Part shown: positions 26,658-32,000 of the stretch, piece by piece
Numbering within the stretch: the first letter of the stretch is position 1
How the letters are laid out: each line of letters starts with the position of its first letter
Source of the DNA: Desulfatiglandales bacterium
GTDB lineage: Bacteria; Desulfobacterota; DSM-4660; Desulfatiglandales; HGW-15
Assembly (NCBI GenBank): GCA_049366815.1
Contig: JBMNCO010000209.1
Coordinates: 17,464-49,463, forward strand
Length of the DNA stretch: 32,000 nucleotides
Reading direction: 5' to 3'
The notes under the pieces: model-generated
Told to the model about the DNA's origin: nothing
What the model saw: only the letters and a program-made list of their open reading frames with translations
The model's database searches: none
Translations under genes and position numbers: made by a program

Positions 26658-27044
26658 AGGGGGATCTTTTTCGGGAAAATGTTCACGAGCCCATCATTTG
26701 GGTATACTTGAATTTGAAATTCCCATCATCTGCAGCCCAATTGAAATTGTAATCGCAACCTGGGCTTCACTAAAATCGCCGCCCAGCCCCTCTAAATTTC
26801 TTGTTGACACGCCTAAAATTGTGCTAAAAAGGTATTAGTAATCCTACCACTGAAGTTTTTACTCCACCCATTTTGCGAGGTAGCCATGAAACTGGATCGC
26901 CTCAAAATGCCTTTATAATGCCCCCCTGAGGCTTCTGCCTTATGGAGGCGTGAAGAATCATTTCCGATCGGTAATAAAGCCAAACCCGTGGAGAGATTGC
27001 GACGGAAAGCGACGGATCCGTAATAGCTCACAAGGGAGGCTATC

Positions 27045-27554
27045 ATGAAGCGAAATATTGTATTTACAGCTATAATAGTCATGGTCTGTGCTATAGGAGC
27101 CTCAGTCGAGCAAGCCAGTGGCGAACCTGCAGGACCACCCGGTGGGCTGGACGTGAACGTCGTCAATACACCAAATGTCAATATTGGCAACGTACCAAGC
27201 GTCACCGTCAAAAATGAAACATCCATTCCCGTGAAAGACAGCAATCGACCAAAGCTAATCACGACCAGCACCCGGGTAGGTGCCTACAAAGATCAGTCGG
27301 AGAACACGAATCTTGCTAGTATTCCGACCTGCCCAGATGGTGAGCACTTCTTGTTCTCGGGACTTTATGCAGCACCTAGCACGTACGATTCCCCAGATTC
27401 GGTTTCCCTGGGACCCTGGATTGTGAGCGTTGAAGATGTATGGCAACTCTCCCAATCCGGTTTTTTCAGAGTACCTCTTAACGTCGGTTCTGAGGGACAT
27501 TGGCATGCTTCTGTGGCTCTACCAGGGGCAGGAAGGCCCCTGATCCCGGCGTGA
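27045..27554 (+). CDS. Secreted hypothetical protein, probably frameshifted (possible full length to 27661)
   Basis: GGGAGG RBS and a signal peptide MKRNIVFTAIIVMVCAIGASVEQASG. Coding-like sequence continues in another frame after a C4 run at 27537-27540. Confidence 0.6.
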   Translation: MKRNIVFTAIIVMVCAIGASVEQASGEPAGPPGGLDVNVVNTPNVNIGNVPSVTVKNETSIPVKDSNRPKLITTSTRVGAYKDQSENTNLASIPTCPDGEHFLFSGLYAAPSTYDSPDSVSLGPWIVSVEDVWQLSQSGFFRVPLNVGSEGHWHASVALPGAGRPLIPA

Positions 27555-27897
27555 GCAGCACAGCTACGGTGAGAGTCAAATTGGCGTCTCCAGTTACGTC
27601 TTACAATGTGGAATTTGAAGTCCATATAACCGGCTTTTGCGGCACACCTTACATTCGTTGAGATAAGTTATTCATTTCGGCTAAATCCCTTTTTGTCGAA
27701 TTCGTCCGAGCTACTTTGAACCATGACCAATTATGCCGAGACGATAAAATTAATCATTCCGGCGTGCCCTGAACGGTCAATGCCAAAGATGGTGGTTGGG
27801 TTGGCAATCGAAACGGCTTCCCGGGTGTTTCTATCTCCAGGGAACCCTCGGAGGCGGCAACTTTAGTTTAGCAGCGCTTGAAGAAATCAAGGTACTG

Positions 27898-28298
27898 TCA
27901 ATTTTTTTGTGTGAAATTCCTTTCAGCCAATTCCTTGAAGAAAGGCAGGTTCTTGGCACCTTTTCCTATAGGTTTTGATCTGCAGTAGACTTCCATCTTC
28001 AAACAGACAAATGCAAGAACAGTGTAGCAGGGCCTTTCTCCTGCAACGATCTCCATCGGTTTCGTTCTGCACTTGAATTCCTTGTTGAGTCCTTCGCGAA
28101 TTCGTTTACCAATCGTCTTTTTGCGTCTCTCTGGAACAATACGAAAGCCTCTTTTCCGGGGACTGACCTGAACTCCGCAATTTCGAGGGAGGGCTGAATT
28201 TGTGGTTCTTTGGATGGCATGTGCCAGACCAAAGTGCAACTTTCCATTGTAGAACTGTCAACCTCACAACGCCAATCCGAACCGCGAATTTTCATCAA
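27898..28298 (-). pseudogene. IS256/Mutator-like transposase remnant (C-terminal fragments, frameshifted)
   Basis: Two overlapping frames carry RTTNSA... and RIREGLNKEFKCRTKPMEIVAGERPCYTVLAFVCLKME. These resemble the IS256-family C-terminal TTNxIExxNxExxRRTxVVxIFPNxxSxxRL block. There is no intact ORF. Confidence 0.4.
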
Positions 28299-28580
28299 TT
28301 TAACAGTGAAACCATCTTACCCAAACAGATCAACGGATCAGCCCAGGATCAGTGAAACTACTCGAACTGCATTGCTAATGGGGTTCAAACCCACCCAACA
28401 CGTAGAAGCCCAAAACCAGAAAATAATGCACTCTTTGGAGGTATCGTGTCAGGTGTAAAATGACCCCCTTAGTAAGTGGATGATACGAGAAGAAGGGAGG
28501 TGATGATAACGCGAAAGCCTCTTTGTAAACGCTGAACTGAAACTGAGTGCTGAATAATTCGAAAATCAAGGAGGTGTATT

Positions 28581-30791
28581 ATGCCTAGCCAAAAGAAGAT
28601 TGTAGCCGTTGTTGTTCTTCTGTCCTGTTTGATTTTCAGTCCATCCATAGGATCGGCGGCAGACGAGATGTCCTGCACCGATCTCGCAGAGCAAATTCTG
28701 GCAGATCCGAACATCCTGTCAGCAACCTCGGTTATCTCGGGGACGACTAATCCTTATTGCCTGGTCAATCTGACGCAATATCAAGCCATTAACATCAGGG
28801 TGGGACTGCCGCTTAATGTTGTGGATGGCGGAACAGGCGGCATCCAGGGGGCGTGGAACGGCAAGGTCCAGAACAGTGGCGGCGGGGGGTTTGCCGGCAG
28901 CGTCGGCTCGGTAGCGAGCGCGGCTTCAAACAGGTATGTTATGTCCTCCTGCGACACTGGCCACAGCAGGGCCTGGTGCAATGAAATCAATCCCGACACC
29001 GGCGAGCCCAACAGCCTGCCCAACTGCGGATCGAGCGGCGCAGGATTCGTCATCGATGGAGATGGCAATTTGATCGATTGGCAGGTTACAGACTTCATCA
29101 CCGACAGTATTTACGCGCAGGTGACATGGGCCCTCGACATCGCCGACCTCTATTACGGCAGGAAGCCGGACCGCAACTACTGGAGTAGCTGTTCAACCGG
29201 TGGGCGCCAGGGATTCGAGATGGCGCAGAAGTATGGCGATCTGTTCGACGGCCTCCTCGTCGGCGCACCGGCGATGAACTGGAACCGGTTCCAGACGGCT
29301 GAGCTGTGGCCCCCGGTCGTCGTGAGAAGCCTGGGGCTCCCTGGAACTCCCCCTACCCTTTCCACGGTCAAAAGCAACGCCGCGATCGCCGCAGCAGTCG
29401 CCGCCTGCTCCGAATACGGTGACGGGGTCCTCAACGAGCCGCGGAGGTGCAACTTCGATGCGCGCACGCTGATCTGCCCGGACGACGGGTCCAATCCTCC
29501 AAACTGCCTGACACCCGAGGAAGCGGACGCCATCAACATGATCTGGTATGGCCCGACCAACCCGCAAGGATACAGGCTCTGGGGCGGCCCCAGCATAGGG
29601 ACGAGCTTCGGCACCATGCTTCCGGGTGGAAATCGTGCCTTCGGCTTTATGTATGACTATGAACGCTACTGGGTGCACCAGGATCCGGATTGGCCCTGGG
29701 AATCGCTCGCAGGTGAAGACTTCGAGGAAAAGTTTACCGAGGAATTCAGATTCCAAGACCAGAAGTTCCAGGAGACGGCCTCGACCGACAGCACCGACCT
29801 TCACAAGATCATAGACCGTGGCGCTAAGATCATCCACTATCACGGGATTTCCGATCCGCTGATCATCCCCTTCGGCTCCTACAACTATGTAAGTCGTGTC
29901 TTCGACCGCTACGGCGTGGCCGAGACGCAGACGTTCATGCGCTCGTTCTTCTTACCGAACCAAGGTCATTGCGGCACGGCCGGCATCTCATTTTTCGACG
30001 CCCTGGTAAACTGGGTCGAGAACGGCGTGGCGCCGGACTACTTCAACGGCAACGTGGGCTCCATGGCCAACCCCAGATATCGAAAGATCTGCAAGTACCC
30101 CGACGAAGCCGTGTACAACGGCGAAGGCCTGGATAACTATGACAACTTCACCTGCCAAGTGAATGAGACCGAGCCTGCGGACCTCTGGGAGCATAGCAAT
30201 CTCGGTCCTATTGTCTTGTGCAAGGACGTTGAAGTATCTGCGTCGCCTACTGAATGCTCCGTAGCAACGGCATCGGTGGACAATGGGTCGTCCGATCGCT
30301 ACGGCGATCCCATTGAACTCGTTCAGGATTCGACCGGGCCATTCTACCTTGGGTCCACGGTGGTCAAGCTGACAGGCACTGACTCGAGAAATGCTGTGAG
30401 CTCATGCGAGGCCACGGTGACGGTGGTCGACACGACTCCTCCGAGCATCTCAAGCGTTACGGCCTCCCCCGACGTTCTCTGGCCGCCGAACCACAAGATG
30501 GTTCCCGTGGCGGTGGATTTGTCGGTCACTGACGCGTGCGACGAAAATGCGGCCGACGGTTGCATGATCGTCTCGGTAGCGAGCAACGAGCCGATCGACG
30601 GGCCCGGTGATGGCAACACGGAACCCGATTACGAGATCACGGGTGATCTTACCCTCAATCTCCGTGCCGAGCGGTCAGGCACGAAGAACGGACGAATATA
30701 CATGGTCACCGTGGCCTGTACGGATGCGTCGGGAAATAGCTCTAGCAATACGGTCGAAGTCACGGTGCCGCACGATCAGTCAAAGAAGTGA
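28581..30791 (+). CDS. Secreted tannase/feruloyl-esterase-family serine hydrolase with a C-terminal Ig/HYR-like extension
   Basis: AGGAGG RBS and a signal peptide. The nucleophile context is YWSSCSTGGRQGFEMAQKYGDLFDGLLVGAPAMNW (family motif GCSxGGRxG), and there is a GHCG His region. The C-terminal extension of about 190 aa has the TTPP...PPNHKMVPV...SNEP...GDGNTEPDY...GRIY pattern. Confidence 0.85.
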   Translation: MPSQKKIVAVVVLLSCLIFSPSIGSAADEMSCTDLAEQILADPNILSATSVISGTTNPYCLVNLTQYQAINIRVGLPLNVVDGGTGGIQGAWNGKVQNSGGGGFAGSVGSVASAASNRYVMSSCDTGHSRAWCNEINPDTGEPNSLPNCGSSGAGFVIDGDGNLIDWQVTDFITDSIYAQVTWALDIADLYYGRKPDRNYWSSCSTGGRQGFEMAQKYGDLFDGLLVGAPAMNWNRFQTAELWPPVVVRSLGLPGTPPTLSTVKSNAAIAAAVAACSEYGDGVLNEPRRCNFDARTLICPDDGSNPPNCLTPEEADAINMIWYGPTNPQGYRLWGGPSIGTSFGTMLPGGNRAFGFMYDYERYWVHQDPDWPWESLAGEDFEEKFTEEFRFQDQKFQETASTDSTDLHKIIDRGAKIIHYHGISDPLIIPFGSYNYVSRVFDRYGVAETQTFMRSFFLPNQGHCGTAGISFFDALVNWVENGVAPDYFNGNVGSMANPRYRKICKYPDEAVYNGEGLDNYDNFTCQVNETEPADLWEHSNLGPIVLCKDVEVSASPTECSVATASVDNGSSDRYGDPIELVQDSTGPFYLGSTVVKLTGTDSRNAVSSCEATVTVVDTTPPSISSVTASPDVLWPPNHKMVPVAVDLSVTDACDENAADGCMIVSVASNEPIDGPGDGNTEPDYEITGDLTLNLRAERSGTKNGRIYMVTVACTDASGNSSSNTVEVTVPHDQSKK

Positions 30792-30910
30792 TGGCCAAAG
30801 ATGGATTATATGGTAAATATGGTACCAAGACCGTGACGAGTGGTAGCCGACGTACTGTTTTGGATAGCAATGAAATAACATAGGCAATGTCCACAGTATG
30901 TACTTTCGGA

Positions 30911-30941
30911 AGACAGAGCCATTTTCTGGCTCTGTCTTTCT
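30911..30941 (+). terminator. Rho-independent terminator after the esterase gene
   Basis: A perfect 10-bp stem AGACAGAGCC attttct GGCTCTGTCT is followed by TTCT, in an AT-rich context. Confidence 0.7.
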
Positions 30942-31240
30942 ATAATGACATCTTTCAGTTGTTGAAACGATAGAACCCGAAAACAAAATGCTATATGATA
31001 CCGACATTTTCATTTTCTTTTTCCTGTCTAATTTTATTACACCGAAGGGCCATCAATAAATAAATCAACAAAAGAAGCAAAAATTGGTTCTTCGAGAGGG
31101 TCGTAAGCATAAACACCGGTGACAACTTGCCCCATTTTTTTGTCTTTATTTTCCAGTAATCACTTACTTTTTGTAAGACTTTAGCCAAAGTTTTACATGG
31201 ATGCCCACGATCCGGGCCAAGAACAGGCCCCTGCAATACA

Positions 31241-32000
31241 CATGGGGAGCGACGAGGAAGAGGCCATTGAGTTCATACGGGAGCACATTTCAATCCACGC
31301 TCCCGCATGGGGAGCGACCGACCCGCACGGGAGGACCCTTTTATGGCCGCTGTTTCAATCCACGCTCCCGCATGGGGAGCGACGGAACATGGGCCGGTAA
31401 CGCCCTAGCAGTAAGGGTTTCAATCCACGCTCCCGCATGGGGAGCGACGTACGACGGCTAGCAACCAACAGGCGATTGCAACAGTTTCAATCCACGCTCC
31501 CGCATGGGGAGCGACTTGGAGGGGAAAGAGGATTTATATAATGAAATAGTTTCAATCCACGCTCCCGCATGGGGAGCGACCAACCCCCTAAATATATCCT
31601 GGTGCGCGGTGGAGTAGTTTCAATCCACGCTCCCGCATGGGGAGCGACTGCCGACAATAGAGAGTGACCATTTAAGATATCGTTTCAATCCACGCTCCCG
31701 CATGGGGAGCGACATGATGGAAAATACAAGGGGCAGAGGTATGGTCTGTTTCAATCCACGCTCCCGCATGGGGAGCGACTGACAGCCGTCAAGATATCCA
31801 GTCCGTTGCCCCGGTTTCAATCCACGCTCCCGCATGGGGAGCGACTCAAGGCCGGCCTCACGACCTAATTGCGTTTGACGTTTCAATCCACGCTCCCGCA
31901 TGGGGAGCGACTTGACCTCGACACCCTTCACGCCGGCGGATTCCAGTTTCAATCCACGCTCCCGCATGGGGAGCGACACGCCGTAAAACATTTGCGGGAT
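31241..32000 (-). CRISPR. CRISPR array with a type I-C-like 32-nt repeat; runs off the window
   Basis: On the minus strand the repeat reads GTCGCTCCCCATGCGGGAGCGTGGATTGAAAC. Repeats start at 31287 (first base variant), 31352, 31417, 31484, 31549, 31617, 31682, 31748, 31814, 31880 and 31946. Spacers are 33-36 nt and unique. A truncated 13-nt repeat piece at 31241-31253 is followed by a 33-nt spacer. Degenerate units at the low-coordinate end imply the leader lies beyond 32000. Confidence 0.95.

Larger units (their letters stand above)
26226..31240. mobile_element. Putative 5.0-kb inserted accessory segment (decayed transposon-like) splitting a CRISPR repeat
   Basis: It is bounded by complementary repeat fragments, nt 1-26 on the left and nt 20-32 on the right, which share CATGGGG. 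It has AT-rich ends, an internal IS256-like transposase relic and cargo genes. Similar motifs lie near the ends: TATTGCTAGGG on the left, and TATTGCAGGGG as the reverse complement on the right. Confidence 0.5.

Noticed and set aside
31620-31991. 123-aa minus-strand ORF with repeated PMRERGLK peptide units, and similar ORFs at 31197-31461.
   Set aside because: This is a translation artefact of the CRISPR repeats. The periodicity equals the repeat-plus-spacer length.

Overview
This 32-kb chromosomal window has mixed GC: about 55-60% in most genes, with AT-rich intergenic stretches and a lower-GC block at about 26.1-28.6 kb. The gene content looks like an anaerobic Deltaproteobacteria/Desulfobacterota-type organism, but that is inference only and nothing could be searched. 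From left to right it contains: an MFS transporter; tRNA-Arg(UCU); a 455-aa unknown protein divergent from a PAC2-family gene; a CobB-type sirtuin; a small His-rich protein; a sensor-less histidine kinase; a Memo-like AmrB; an M50 site-2 protease; an envelope operon (secreted protein with a PLA2-like motif, an outer-membrane barrel, a periplasmic C39 peptidase); an HDOD protein; a large VWA protein; a DUF3617-like protein; a fusion of two CDP-alcohol phosphatidyltransferase domains; a three-component corrinoid methyltransferase operon; and thiE-thiL-thiM followed by two overlapping unknown small genes. The right edge carries a type I-C-like CRISPR array with a 32-nt repeat and 11 intact repeats. 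It reads on the minus strand and runs off the window, and no cas genes are visible. The most notable observations are these. (1) One CRISPR repeat appears split into two complementary pieces, repeat nt 1-26 at 26200-26225 and repeat nt 20-32 at 31241-31253. The pieces share a 7-nt overlap and flank a 5.0-kb accessory segment holding a Zn-ribbon ORF, a frameshifted secreted protein, an IS256-like relic and a tannase/feruloyl-esterase-family gene. This looks like an insertion into the trailer-end repeat. (2) A hairpin-bearing intergenic repeat of about 80-140 nt occurs four times in 13 kb, shows compensatory stem changes, and has two inverted copies bracketing the tRNA. (3) The C39 peptidase / OM barrel / PLA2-motif operon has no assigned function. 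(4) The tandem CDP-alcohol phosphatidyltransferase fusion is unusual. All functional calls come from motif recognition by eye, without database searches.
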